Origin: an uncultured bacterium
Lineage (GTDB): Bacteria; Chloroflexota; UBA5177; JANWHV01
Assembly (NCBI GenBank): GCA_963827235.1
Contig: CAWHAE010000012.1
Coordinates: forward strand, 736,001 to 800,000
Direction: 5' to 3'
DNA: 64,000 nt
Positions within the stretch are counted from its first letter, which is position 1. The number at the start of each line of letters is the position of its first letter. The position numbers and the translations under genes were made by a program. Below are positions 18,844-28,986 of the stretch, one piece after another. The notes beneath the pieces were generated by a model. It was not told the origin of the DNA. It did not search any database and saw only the letters and a list, made by a program, of their open reading frames with translations.

Positions 18844-18865
18844 AGTATACCGGGAACGTTCACGG
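18844..18865 (-). promoter_or_regulatory. -10 element with adjacent LacI-type operator upstream of GH1
   Basis: TATACT on the minus strand (18844-18849); CG-centred palindrome CCGGGAACGTTCACGG (18850-18865). Confidence 0.55.
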
Positions 18866-19279
18866 AAATCAGAGCAGTGGCGCCCTCCTCTCGAGGCGCC
18901 TCGTAGCCGCGAGGTAACGGCATCGTGGTCATGCAGCGACACTAGCCCTGCGGGAGGCACAACGTGGGCTTGCTAGTTGGCAGTCGCCTCCCTGCCTTGA
19001 GCTGTCGCCCGCCTTGCAGAGCGCGCTACGCAGGGACGTGGCTCTGAAGCCGTTCTCACGCAGCGTGGAGACGGCTGCAGTCTCAGGATCGGCGAGCCAG
19101 CACCGTGGAGCAAGGACGCGCTCATGCTACCTCGCACGGGCCCGCTACGCCGCCCGCCCGCCGTGCTGTATCCTGCACCATGCAGGTTGGCCCGGTCCCC
19201 CGGGGGTGGGATGCGGTCGCCTCGACGCACGGCGCCGGGTGCCGGCCATCGGGGTCCTGCGGAAGAGAGAAGTCGGAAC

Positions 19280-19741
19280 GTGAACTCGGAGATCATAGCG
19301 GCATTCACCGGCGCAGTTCGCAACGTCCTGCTGCAGGAGGTCGGATCGCCGGTCGAGGTGCGAAGTCCCAAGGTGCAGGCCGGCCCGGTCCAGCTCAGTG
19401 AAGTGACGGTGGTCGTCGCGCTGGCGAAAGCCATCGAAGGGTCGATCCTGCTCGGGCTCTCGGTCGATCTGGCGCTCAAGTACCTCTCGGCCGTGCTCGG
19501 CGAAGCGGTAGTCGAGCTGAATGATCTGGCGCGGAGCGGTGTCGGCGAGTTGGGGAACATGGTCGCCGGCGCTGCCGCAGCAGAGTTCTCCACGATCGGA
19601 TACCCGACGATCATATTTCCGCCCACGGTGCTCGTCGGTGGCGGCAGAATGTCGATGATGGGGTTCCCCAGGCTCGTGTTCCCTCTTGAGCTCCCGTACG
19701 GCACGGGCAACCTGCAACTCGCGGCTCGCCTGCACCGCTGA
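19280..19741 (+). CDS. cheX: Chemotaxis phosphatase CheX-family protein
   Basis: I.AF..AV.NVL, G.I.L, SGVGELGNMVAG (ExxN catalytic motif), I.PPTVLVG, F.LPYG; GTG start. Confidence 0.8.
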   Translation: MNSEIIAAFTGAVRNVLLQEVGSPVEVRSPKVQAGPVQLSEVTVVVALAKAIEGSILLGLSVDLALKYLSAVLGEAVVELNDLARSGVGELGNMVAGAAAAEFSTIGYPTIIFPPTVLVGGGRMSMMGFPRLVFPLELPYGTGNLQLAARLHR

Positions 19742-19813
19742 GCGCGAGGGTGCTGCCCTGACACGGCGGCGTCAAGCCGTGTGTCCGCGAAGCTATTGCT
19801 TATTGAGAGGCTG

Positions 19814-20512
19814 CTAGGTCACCTGGCGATAGTAGCGGCGATAGTCGTTGTAAAGCAGGTAGAGTGGCGGCACGTCTTCCTCGACCTCCGGGAATCGACC
19901 GATCGGCTCAAGGAAACGATTATCAACCTGATCGTCGTTGACGCGGCTGACCTCGCCGACGAGTACCGTTCCGGTACCGGCCTTGCCCCAGAACGAATGG
20001 TAAAGCCGCTGAGGCAGGCACACCGACATGCCGGGCTTCAGCACGATCGCCCCGCCCGATCCGACGGTCGTGCGCACGCCGTCCACGCTCACTACCACGT
20101 CGCTATCGGCTAACGCCTCGTCCGGCGTTGAGTTCCAAAGCTGGATTACGAGGTCGCCGCCGCCGCGGTTGATGATGTCCTCCATCTTCTGGAAGTGGAA
20201 ATGCGCTGGGGTGATCTGTCCTTCTTCCGCGATCAGGATCTTTTCGGCGTAGACCTTGCCCTGCTGCTTCTCGAGCTCGGCGAGCGTTCCGTTGCGCAGT
20301 GTGAACATGAACAGGCCGATGCTACGGAAGTCGCCGCTGCCGAAGTCGGTGATGTCCCAGCCGAGCTGGTTTTCGACGATCTCCTCGCACTCCGCTCCCC
20401 TGGTGCGCCATACTTCAGGCCTCCAGAAGGCGAACGGCGGGAGCAGAAAATGCATGCGATCAAGGAACTCCGTGCTCCGTTCCATGATCGAGTTGATCTC
20501 CGACCGCTTCAT
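19814..20512 (-). CDS. D-lyxose/D-mannose-family sugar isomerase (cupin)
   Basis: MKRSEIN, LPPFAFW, LGWDITDFG, YAEKI, HFHFQKMEDIINRGGG, GEVSRVNDD..DNRF. Confidence 0.9.
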   Translation of the reverse strand: MKRSEINSIMERSTEFLDRMHFLLPPFAFWRPEVWRTRGAECEEIVENQLGWDITDFGSGDFRSIGLFMFTLRNGTLAELEKQQGKVYAEKILIAEEGQITPAHFHFQKMEDIINRGGGDLVIQLWNSTPDEALADSDVVVSVDGVRTTVGSGGAIVLKPGMSVCLPQRLYHSFWGKAGTGTVLVGEVSRVNDDQVDNRFLEPIGRFPEVEEDVPPLYLLYNDYRRYYRQVT

Positions 20513-20928
20513 CGTCTGTTCTTTCCCTCTCTACGCAGTCACACGCCGCCATTGCGCGTGCTCGACTCATCCGTCAGGGTACTTCTCGCGCGCCACCATG
20601 TACACTCCCGAAGCCTAGCCAGCCACGGCGACGACAAACCCCGCGGACATCAGCATCGTGCTGCCGTCGCGCGCACAGCTCATCTGCGAAATTCCTGTTA
20701 TTGCTCTCAATCGTCGCATAACGGGCGATATCTGCTCAAGGACGCGGTATCGACAGTACGCCCGTGGCAGTCGCGGTGCGAGACACCGCGCTTGGCCGAC
20801 GACGAGGCAACTGGTGCGCTCCCTCCAGCCGCCGGAGGCTACCTCCGGCCAGCAGCCAAGATTACGCTTCTGCGAACCCTGCTATAACACAGTGCGTATA
20901 TCGCTCCAGCAGAACTACAGGTTCTGCA

Positions 20929-21522
20929 GTGACGGCCAACGGCCTCGATCCGACCACATTGGCCGGTCTGCTCCTGGTAGTGACGCTCGTCGCCAGTATC
21001 GCTCGCACCATCAGGTTGCCCTACGAGGTGGCGCCGGAGCTGGCCAGTCTCGGGCTGGCCTTCGTGCCCGGCGTTCCAGGCGTCACGCACACCTATCAGG
21101 CCATCCTCACGGTGTTCCTGCCCGTGCTGCTGTTTCACAGCGCCTACAGCTTCACTGCTGTTCCTGCTCATCGGTCTCGCCGTGGGCGCGGTAGCGGTCG
21201 CGCAGGGCACCGACGTCGGCAGCAGACTGATCGGACCGCTGCTCGTCACGCTGGCGGCGGTGGGTCTCAACCGCGTACTGGTAGTCTGGGCAACCGAGCG
21301 AGGCTTGGCCGGCCGCTGCCCTTGGGCTGGACGTCCGTGATCGCCTGGGCCGGTTTGCGCGGCGCCGTGTCACTGGCCGCCGCCCTAAGCCTTCCGGCCA
21401 ATGTGGCCGATCGCGATCTCATGCTGACGGTGACCTCGGCTCTCGTGCTCTTCACCCTGTTGGTGCAGGGCCTTACTATGGCGCCGTTACTGCGCCGCCT
21501 TGGTTTGGCCGGTAGCGAGTAG
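20929..21522 (+). pseudogene. Remnant of a CPA1/NhaP Na+/H+ antiporter with large internal deletions
   Basis: N-terminal pieces (IRLPY, ILTVFLPVLLFHSAY) joined to the C-terminal WAGLRGAVSLAAALSLP...DRDL...FTLLVQGLT..PLLRRLG; only about 200 codons. Confidence 0.7.
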
Positions 21523-21743
21523 TACGCACGCACGACGCGGCTTGCGATTCACGGCAGCCCAGGCATACTCATACTGCAAGCCACCAGCCGCGACTGCATC
21601 GCGTTGCGCAGCGGTCCGGTGGCCGTACGGACGCGAGCAGGATGCTCGCTCGATCGACACCGGGCTGGAGAACGAACGTCTTGGCCGCGAGTGCCTGAAG
21701 CAGGCGGCACTGCGCACGGCGCCAGGCCGGCCGTGACAAGCTC

Positions 21744-22997
21744 ATGAGCGTTACAGGGATTGCAGCTATGGCCGCTACATGCCGGTTTTGTCGGACGCCT
21801 TTGCACCGCACGTTTGTGGACCTCGGGATGTCACCACTCTGCGAGAGCTTCCTGCACCAGGACCATCTGAATCGCATGGAGCCGTTCTACCCGCTTCACG
21901 TCTTCCTCTGCGAGCAGTGCCTGCTCGTGCAGCTACAGGAATACGTGGACCCGGGCGAGATCTTCACCGACTACGCCTACTTCTCGTCCTATTCCGATTC
22001 GTGGCTCGACCACGCACGGCGCTACACGGAGATGGCTATCGATCGCTTCGCCCTCGATCAGCGCAGCCTCGTGGTCGAGATTGCCAGCAACGACGGATAT
22101 CTGCTGCAGTACTTCGTGCAGAAGGGCCTTCCCGTGCTCGGCATCGAGCCCGCTCAGAACGTAGCGGAGGCGGCCCGCGAGAAGAACGTGCCCACGCGCA
22201 CCGAGTTCTTCGCTGATCGGCTTGCCCACACGCTGGTGGAAGAAGGCAAGCAGGCCGACCTGGTGATCGGCAACAACGTGCTCGCTCAGGTCCCCGACCT
22301 CAACGACTTCGTGACCGGGTTGAAGACGGTACTGAAGCCGGCCGGCACCATCACGATTGAGTTTCCCCATCTGCTAAAGCTCATACGGGAAAATCAGTTC
22401 GACACCATCTACCACGAGCATTTCTCGTACTTCAGCCTTATCGTCGCCGAGGCGCTCTTCGCCGCGCACGGCCTCACCCTGTTCGACGTGGAAGAGCTTC
22501 CCACACATGGCGGCTCGCTCCGCATCTATGCCCGTCACGAAAGCGATGCGTCGCGACCCGTGACGGCACGCCTGAAGGGCCTGCGGGCTCGGGAGGTCGA
22601 GGAGGGACTCGATCGCGTGGAGGGCTACGCCGGCTTCGGCGAGCAGGTCATGGCGACGAAACGGAAGCTGCTCCAGTTCCTGATCGACGCTCGGCAGAGC
22701 GGCAAGACCGTCGCCGGGTATGGCGCTCCGGGCAAGGGAAACACACTGCTGAACTACTGCGGCATAAGGACGGACTTCCTGCAGTACACGGTGGACCGCA
22801 ATCCGCACAAGCACGGCATGTTCCTGCCGGGCACGCACATTCCAATCTTCCCTCCGGAGAAGATACGCGAGACCAAGCCCGACTACGTATTGATCCTGCC
22901 CTGGAATCTGCGGGAGGAGATCATGCGGCTACATTCGTACGTCGGCGAGTGGGGAGGCCATTTCGTCGTGCCCATTCCCGAAGTCACCGTATTCTAG
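21744..22997 (+). CDS. SAM-dependent NDP-sugar C-methyltransferase-family protein (zinc-binding N-terminus)
   Basis: CRFC, DLGMSPL, CEQCLLVQL, EIASNDGYLL, FDTIYHEHFSYFS, THGGSLR, GYGAPGKGNTLLNYCG, ILPWN. Confidence 0.9.
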   Translation: MSVTGIAAMAATCRFCRTPLHRTFVDLGMSPLCESFLHQDHLNRMEPFYPLHVFLCEQCLLVQLQEYVDPGEIFTDYAYFSSYSDSWLDHARRYTEMAIDRFALDQRSLVVEIASNDGYLLQYFVQKGLPVLGIEPAQNVAEAAREKNVPTRTEFFADRLAHTLVEEGKQADLVIGNNVLAQVPDLNDFVTGLKTVLKPAGTITIEFPHLLKLIRENQFDTIYHEHFSYFSLIVAEALFAAHGLTLFDVEELPTHGGSLRIYARHESDASRPVTARLKGLRAREVEEGLDRVEGYAGFGEQVMATKRKLLQFLIDARQSGKTVAGYGAPGKGNTLLNYCGIRTDFLQYTVDRNPHKHGMFLPGTHIPIFPPEKIRETKPDYVLILPWNLREEIMRLHSYVGEWGGHFVVPIPEVTVF

Positions 22998-23013
22998 CCG
23001 TGAGCGCCGTGCT

Positions 23014-24357
23014 ATGAGCGACCAGTTGCCGCACGGGAGTGCCGCCGAGGGCACGCAGCTCCCTTCCACCAAGGCGGGCCAGGAAATGCTGGCGCTCATC
23101 GAGCGCCTCTACCCCATTTGCCGCAGTATTACGGGCAACGGCTTCCGGCAGACGCTCTCGATCCTCCAAGAGTACCTGCGCCTGGAGAAGCACGAGGTGC
23201 CGAGCGGCACAGAGGTCTTCGACTGGGTAGTGCCGCGCGAGTGGAACATCGCGGACGCCTATGTGAAGGACCGGCGCGGCAAGCGCGTGATCGACTTCCG
23301 CGAGCACAACCTGCACGTGCTCAACTACAGCACGCCCGTCCATGCCACGATGAGCCTGGCCGAGCTGCGCCCTCACGTAGCAACTATACCGGCGCACCCG
23401 GACTGGATTCCCTATCGCACGTCGTACTACCGCGAGGCCTGGGGTTTCTGCGCCAGCCAGAATGCGCTGGACGCCCTGGCCGACGACACTTACGAGGTAT
23501 GCATCGACTCCAGCCTCGAGCCTGGATCGCTGACCTATGGCGAGTGCTACCTGCCGGGCGAGAGCGAGGACGAGGTTCTCGTTTCCTGCCATGCCTGCCA
23601 TCCCTCGCTCTGCAACGACAACCTCTCAGGCATCGCGGTTGCCACGCACCTCGCTCGTGCTCTTGCTGCCGTTCCGCGGCGCTTCTCGTACCGCTTCCTC
23701 TTCATACCGGGCACGATCGGAGCCATTACATGGCTCAGCCTGAATGAGTCCGGCACTCCGCGCATCAAGCACGGCCTGGTGATCACCTGTGCCGGAGATG
23801 CGGGAAAGCCCACGTACAAGCGGAGCCGCCGGGGGTCGGCTTCGATAGACAGAGCCATGGCACTGGTCTTGCGCGACTCCGCCCGCCCCTTCGAGATCGT
23901 GGACTTTTCACCCTACGGCTATGACGAGCGGCAGTACTGCTCGCCCGGGTTCAATCTCCCGGTCGGCTGCTTCATGCGCACGCCACATGGCCAGTATCCC
24001 GAGTATCACTCGTCCGCGGACAATGTCCAGCTCATGTCCGCAGCCGGGCTGCAGGATTCGCTCACGCTCTGTCACGCCGCCCTGCAGCTGATCGAGGAGG
24101 ACCGCACCTACGTCAGCCTGAACCCCAAGTGCGAGCCGCAGCTGGGTAAGCGTGGCCTCTACCGGTTGATCGGCGGCCAAACCGATACCGCTGTAGACGA
24201 GATGGCACTCCTCTGGACGCTGAACCTGGCAGACGGCACCCACTCCCTGCTGGACATGGCCGAGCGGTCGGGGGTGCCGTTTGCAGACGTCAAGCGCGCC
24301 GCGGCAGCGTTGCTGGAACACGGATTGCTCGCCGAAGCGCCGGGCCGATCTTCCTGA
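23014..24357 (+). CDS. DUF4910 / M28 peptidase-like protein with C-terminal winged helix
   Basis: LYPICRSITGNG, FDWVVPREWNI, PYRTSYY...WGFC, HPSLCNDNLSG, DERQYCSPGFNLP, EYHSSADN, EPQLGKRGLY. Confidence 0.85.
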   Translation: MSDQLPHGSAAEGTQLPSTKAGQEMLALIERLYPICRSITGNGFRQTLSILQEYLRLEKHEVPSGTEVFDWVVPREWNIADAYVKDRRGKRVIDFREHNLHVLNYSTPVHATMSLAELRPHVATIPAHPDWIPYRTSYYREAWGFCASQNALDALADDTYEVCIDSSLEPGSLTYGECYLPGESEDEVLVSCHACHPSLCNDNLSGIAVATHLARALAAVPRRFSYRFLFIPGTIGAITWLSLNESGTPRIKHGLVITCAGDAGKPTYKRSRRGSASIDRAMALVLRDSARPFEIVDFSPYGYDERQYCSPGFNLPVGCFMRTPHGQYPEYHSSADNVQLMSAAGLQDSLTLCHAALQLIEEDRTYVSLNPKCEPQLGKRGLYRLIGGQTDTAVDEMALLWTLNLADGTHSLLDMAERSGVPFADVKRAAAALLEHGLLAEAPGRSS

Positions 24358-24360
24358 AGC

Positions 24361-25050
24361 CTACTGGCTGGTTTCTGTCGCGGACCCTACGGCGCTTGCC
24401 ACCGATTGTTGCAGCGACTGAGGCACGCCGAGAGCGGACATGATCTGGCTCACGGATCGAGATGGATTCCGCGCCTGGGCCTGTCTGACCTCGGAGATAT
24501 AGGTGCTGGTAGACGTTTGCGCCGTCGCGTTGCTCACCGTGGCTCCCTGAACCCTTGACGCCGCCTGGCCCGAGCTACCGGACGAGCTGGTCGAGGAGCT
24601 GGAGCTCGACGACGATGTGCTGCTCGCGGTCGACGACGAGGAAGCTGCCGCGCTGCTCGCGCTTGAGGCGGACGAGACCGTAGCGCTGCTCGTGGTCGTG
24701 GTTGACGATGACGAAGCCGCTGTGCCGGTCCCGGCTGTGGCCGTTAAGACCGTGGCGCTGCCCGCCGTCCCGGTCGACGACGCAGAAGTAGCGGTGCTCG
24801 CCGTGCTCGCCGATGCGATCGCGGCGCTGCTCGCGCTCGACGCCGAGGTTGTCGCGGTGCTGCTTGCGGAGTCTGCTGACGCCGCCGCCCCCAACAGCCG
24901 AGCGGCACTGGAGATGGTGGCCGTAGCCGCCGGCTCTGATGTGGTTGAAGTACTCGACGACGTAGTGGAGCCCTGAGCTGCCGTATTCACAGCGGCGATA
25001 GTCGCGACTTGCGTGACCGTGCTGCCGCTGCTCGCGATCGAATTTACCAT
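24361..25050 (-). CDS. Ser/Thr/Ala-rich low-complexity hypothetical protein (229 aa)
   Basis: ATG at 25050 with GAGAGG RBS; MVNSIASS N-terminus, long S/T/A tract, short helical C-terminal domain YISEVRQAQARNPSRSVSQIMSALGVP. Confidence 0.7.
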   Translation of the reverse strand: MVNSIASSGSTVTQVATIAAVNTAAQGSTTSSSTSTTSEPAATATISSAARLLGAAASADSASSTATTSASSASSAAIASASTASTATSASSTGTAGSATVLTATAGTGTAASSSSTTTTSSATVSSASSASSAAASSSSTASSTSSSSSSSSTSSSGSSGQAASRVQGATVSNATAQTSTSTYISEVRQAQARNPSRSVSQIMSALGVPQSLQQSVASAVGSATETSQ

Positions 25051-25097
25051 GCAACCCTCTCTCACGGATCGGAGACTGGCCGGTCCGCACAATACTC

Positions 25098-25124
25098 TAC
25101 TCGGCACAGGAGGCCGGAACTTGA
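25098..25124 (-). promoter_or_regulatory. Sigma28 (FliA/WhiG)-type promoter
   Basis: Minus strand reads TCAAG-N14-GCCGAGTA, versus consensus TAAA/TCAAG-N14-15-GCCGATAA, about 48 bp upstream of the ATG. Confidence 0.6.
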
Positions 25125-25353
25125 GCGGCCTGAGTCGCCATAGTCCGATATTTCAACACAACCTTCAGAGGAAACGCCGTACGAGGCCGGCCTTCCCAAT
25201 GGCCCTGCCGCAGGCGGCGGCCAGGATAGAACGTCCACGCGGCGGCTGGGACCGCCTATAATGGTGGCGAGCGCGCAGTCGGCCCAGGGTCTACTCGGGG
25301 CGTGCGTAGCGGTCAATGGATATGTCCGGTTAACTCAAGCGAGGAGCAGTGCC

Positions 25354-25830
25354 ATGACGAGCGTCAAGGATGCCGCGGGAGAATTCCTGGCCAAGAAGCG
25401 GATCGCCGTGACGGGGGTGTCGCGGCACGGAAAGAACCATGGCAGCAACGCGGTGTATCAGCGACTGCGTGCGCGGGGCTACACGGTCTTCGCCGTGAAC
25501 CCAAACGCCGACAAGGTGGAGGGCGACACCTGCTATCACGACCTGGCGTCTATCCCCGGCGGCGTGGAAGCAGTGGTGATCGGGACCAGACCGGATTTCG
25601 CGGAAGCAACCATGCGCGAGTGTGCCGCGCTCGGTATCAAGCAGGTGTGGATGCACCGCGCCTTCGGCGGCGGCAGCGTGTCCGCGGCAGCCACGACGTA
25701 CGGCCGCGGCCAGGGCATCACCGTGATCGACGGCGGCTGTCCCCTGATGTTCGGTGCCACTGCCGACCCGTTCCACAAGGCGATGCGGTTCGTGTGCACG
25801 CTGACGGGCGCGGCGCCCCGGAAAGTCTAG
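25354..25830 (+). CDS. CoA-binding protein (YccU-like)
   Basis: FLAKKRIAVTGVSR, GYTVFAVNPNA, CYHDLASIP, GIKQVWMH, VIDGGCPLMF; RBS GAGGAG. Confidence 0.88.
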   Translation: MTSVKDAAGEFLAKKRIAVTGVSRHGKNHGSNAVYQRLRARGYTVFAVNPNADKVEGDTCYHDLASIPGGVEAVVIGTRPDFAEATMRECAALGIKQVWMHRAFGGGSVSAAATTYGRGQGITVIDGGCPLMFGATADPFHKAMRFVCTLTGAAPRKV

Positions 25831-25949
25831 AGTCTCATCCAGGCGGACGGCCCGGCGGATGCGGTCCGCCGTGCCATCCGCGCCGGCGCCGGGCCGCGGC
25901 GACTCGATCGGCCGCGGCACGGACACGGCGCCCGTGCGCCTCTATGTGA

Positions 25950-27056
25950 TTAGCCCCACATGCCTTCCACCGCGTCCGCCGGCATGCCGTCCGGTCGGGC
26001 GCAAGTGCTGGCAAGATCGACGTGACGCCCGGCGTTTGAGGCGTCCTCGATCGATGCCATGATGTCAAGCACGTGGAATGCGAGCGCGCCACTGGCACGA
26101 TGGGCCCGGCCGGAGCGAATAGCCTGTGCCATGTCGGCCAGGCCCAGCCCGCGGCTGTTGCGCGTGTAGCCGTGCGTCAGCGGCACCTCTTCCCACTCGG
26201 CCGCGCCGGGCTTGCGCAGCAGCACCGGACCGCCGAAGCCGTTGGGATCGGGCACGGAAAGTGATGCTTCGCTGCCGTAGATCTCGATCCACGGCACATG
26301 CGCCGCCCAGACGTCGAAGCTGGTGACAATGGTGCCGATCGCGCCCTGAGCGAAGTCGAGCACGCCGGCCACGTGAGTCGGCACTTCCACCGTGATCGTG
26401 GTTCCGTGCTTGGGCTGGCTGGTGATCGTGCGTTCGGCAAAGCTCACCCGCGTGGAGCCCGTGACCCGGCGGACCGGGCCGAGCAGCGACACCAGCGCCG
26501 TGAGATAGTAGGGCCCCATGTCATACATCGGTCCACCGCCGCGTTGGTAGTAGAAGGTGGGGTCAGGGTGCCAGCTCTCGTGGCCATGGCAGAGCATGAA
26601 GGCAGTGGCCGCTACCGGTTGGCCGATCCGGCCGTCGTCGATAAGCTTGCGGCACGTCTGCAGACCACCGCCCATGAACGTATCCGGAGCGCAACCGACA
26701 AGCAGGTGCCCTGCCTCGGCCTCCCGCAGCAGAGTCCGCGCGTCGGCTCTGGAAAGCGAGAGCGGCTTCTCATTGTAGACGTGTTTGCCCGCGGCGACAG
26801 CCTTGCGTGCCACGACCGCATGGGAGGCCGGTGTGGTCAGATTGAGTACCAGCTCGACCGCGGGATCGGCGAGCAGCTCGCCAACCGAGCACGCATTCGT
26901 GCCGAATTCCTGCGCTCTCGCTTGGGCCCGCGACATGTCGAGATCCGAGCAGCCCACAAGCTTGAGCACGTCATGCCGCGGCACGTTTTCCAGGTAGATG
27001 CTGCTGATGTTGCCGCATCCGACGATGCCGACGCCTACCGGACCGGCGGTCTTCAT
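25950..27056 (-). CDS. Gfo/Idh/MocA-family NAD(P)-dependent oxidoreductase
   Basis: [50 protein letters not shown]. Confidence 0.92.
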   Translation of the reverse strand: MKTAGPVGVGIVGCGNISSIYLENVPRHDVLKLVGCSDLDMSRAQARAQEFGTNACSVGELLADPAVELVLNLTTPASHAVVARKAVAAGKHVYNEKPLSLSRADARTLLREAEAGHLLVGCAPDTFMGGGLQTCRKLIDDGRIGQPVAATAFMLCHGHESWHPDPTFYYQRGGGPMYDMGPYYLTALVSLLGPVRRVTGSTRVSFAERTITSQPKHGTTITVEVPTHVAGVLDFAQGAIGTIVTSFDVWAAHVPWIEIYGSEASLSVPDPNGFGGPVLLRKPGAAEWEEVPLTHGYTRNSRGLGLADMAQAIRSGRAHRASGALAFHVLDIMASIEDASNAGRHVDLASTCARPDGMPADAVEGMWG

Positions 27057-27763
27057 GCCCCGACCTCCCGCACCTCGCCGCCGGCGTCGGACCGGGCGAG
27101 CGACTCCGCGTGCGCTGCCCAGAGCAGGCCGCGCAGACAGATGCGCAGCACCTCGGGTCGCTGCACCACGTGGGCGTGGTGACCGAGCGAGCAGTAGAAC
27201 ACCCGGCCGTTGCCCCAGAGCCGCGTCCAGACCACCGGTACGTCGACGGGACCGTTCACCGCGTGTGGACCGCCCACTACCGGGAAGCGAGTGGTCGCCA
27301 GGACTCTGTTCGCTGGGTCCACGTGCATGTAGTATTGCTCGGTCTCCACATTGAAGTCCCGCGAGCCCTGCGTGACGAAGTGCGTGTCGTCCGTGATCGT
27401 GATCGTGTGCGCGACGCCATCGCCGCCGGGATGGGCTACCCACTGGCCGCCAGTCATGAACTGGTAGTCGGGGGCGTCGCGGAACGCATCGCACATCCCG
27501 CCGTGGCATCCGCCCAGCCCGACGCCTGCCTCCACGGCAGCCAGCAGGTTCGTCAGGTGCTCTGAGCCTATGGAGCCCATGGTCCATACGGGAACGATGA
27601 GGTCCAGTCCGTGCAGCTCCTCGTGGTCCAGCAAGACATCCAGCGTGTCGGAGACAGTTACCGCGAAATCGTAGTCCCGGAGTCCCGCGGCGAAGACGTC
27701 GGATACTTGCTGGGGCTCGTGGCCATCCCAGCCACCCCAGATAATCAGCGCGCGCTTTGTCAT
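27053..27763 (-). CDS. ThuA-like domain protein
   Basis: [59 protein letters not shown]. Confidence 0.88.
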   Translation of the reverse strand: MTKRALIIWGGWDGHEPQQVSDVFAAGLRDYDFAVTVSDTLDVLLDHEELHGLDLIVPVWTMGSIGSEHLTNLLAAVEAGVGLGGCHGGMCDAFRDAPDYQFMTGGQWVAHPGGDGVAHTITITDDTHFVTQGSRDFNVETEQYYMHVDPANRVLATTRFPVVGGPHAVNGPVDVPVVWTRLWGNGRVFYCSLGHHAHVVQRPEVLRICLRGLLWAAHAESLARSDAGGEVREVGA

Positions 27764-27881
27764 GTTGCGGCCCTCTCCATGCATTGTGTGACGCTCGGTG
27801 CCAGTAACCATACTACCCGACCGACCGGTCGCCGTGGGTGCCGCCGGCGGCATCGGAATCGGGCGCGCATGATCACCCCGA

Positions 27882-27937
27882 TTGACAACGCCAGGCCTCC
27901 GCACTATAGTTGCAAGTATTATCGATAACGATTTCGA
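27882..27937 (+). promoter_or_regulatory. Sigma70 promoter and LacI-type operator of the sugar cluster
   Basis: TTGACA (27882-27887), 17 bp, TATAGT (27905-27910); imperfect CG-centred palindrome TCGATAACGATTTCGA (27922-27937). Confidence 0.75.
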
Positions 27938-27957
27938 ACGTCGCAGCGGAGATCAGC

Positions 27958-28986
27958 ATGGAGCGAACGTCCGTCCGCCGGCGGCTGACGATCAACGATA
28001 TTGCCCGCGCTGCAGGCGTCTCTGTCCCCACCGTATCGAAAGTGGTGAACGGGCGGTCCGACGTGGCCGCGGCGACACGCGAGCACGTGCAGCGAGTGAT
28101 CAGCGAGCTAGGTTACGTCACGGGAAGGGCCGCTCGCTCGCTTCGCCACGGCTCGAGCGGACTGATCGATTTAGCGGTGGAGGCGCTCGACAGCGAGTAC
28201 GTTCTGGAGATCATCCGCGGCATAGAGGAGGCTTTGGAGCCGACCGGGCTGCGTCTCGTTCTCTCAGTCACCGGTATCGACCCGCGCCGGGAACGGCAGT
28301 GGGTGAACAAGGTTACCGACGGCTCGACGGACGGTGCCATCCTCGTCCTCGCGCGCGGGCAGTCGGCCCAGCTCGAGGAGCTGAGCAAGCGCGCTATCCC
28401 CTTTGTCGTCGTCGACCACCGGAGCGAGACCGGACCCGACATCCCGTCCGTCGGCGCCACGAATTTCGCCGGCGGCTGGGCAGCTACCGAGCATCTCCTG
28501 TCGCTCGGGCATCGCCGCATTGCCGCGATCGGCGGGCCTGAGGACATGCGTTGCAGCCAGGAGCGCATCGCCGGCTATCGTGCCGCTCTGGAGGCGGCGG
28601 GAGCAGTGATCGATCCGGCACTGATCCGCAACGGCACATTTCACCTCGAGGGGGGTGAGGCAGAAACGAAGGCGCTGCTGGCGCTGCCTGATCCGCCGAC
28701 TGCCATATTTGCCGGCAGCGACTTGCAGGCCCTGGGCGTGTACAACGCCCTGCGCACCGCCGGCGTACAGGTGCCGGACCGCATGAGCATCGTCGGTTTC
28801 GACGACGTGCCCATGGCCGCGTGCACCAGCCCGCCGCTCACCACGGTGCGGCAGCCCCTGGCTGAGATGGGACGCGTGGCTACCACCATGCTGGTACGCC
28901 TGTTGGCCGGCGAGCAGCTCGGCAGTGTGAGGGTGGAGCTTGCCACCTCGCTGGTGAGACGCGAATCCTGCGCACCGCCCGAGTGA
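27958..28986 (+). CDS. LacI-family transcription regulator (BxlR-like)
   Basis: TINDIARAAGVSVPTVSKVVNG HTH; ATEHLLSLGHRRIA, PTAIFAGSD..ALG, SIVGFDD, PPLTTVRQP. Confidence 0.95.
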   Translation: MERTSVRRRLTINDIARAAGVSVPTVSKVVNGRSDVAAATREHVQRVISELGYVTGRAARSLRHGSSGLIDLAVEALDSEYVLEIIRGIEEALEPTGLRLVLSVTGIDPRRERQWVNKVTDGSTDGAILVLARGQSAQLEELSKRAIPFVVVDHRSETGPDIPSVGATNFAGGWAATEHLLSLGHRRIAAIGGPEDMRCSQERIAGYRAALEAAGAVIDPALIRNGTFHLEGGEAETKALLALPDPPTAIFAGSDLQALGVYNALRTAGVQVPDRMSIVGFDDVPMAACTSPPLTTVRQPLAEMGRVATTMLVRLLAGEQLGSVRVELATSLVRRESCAPPE

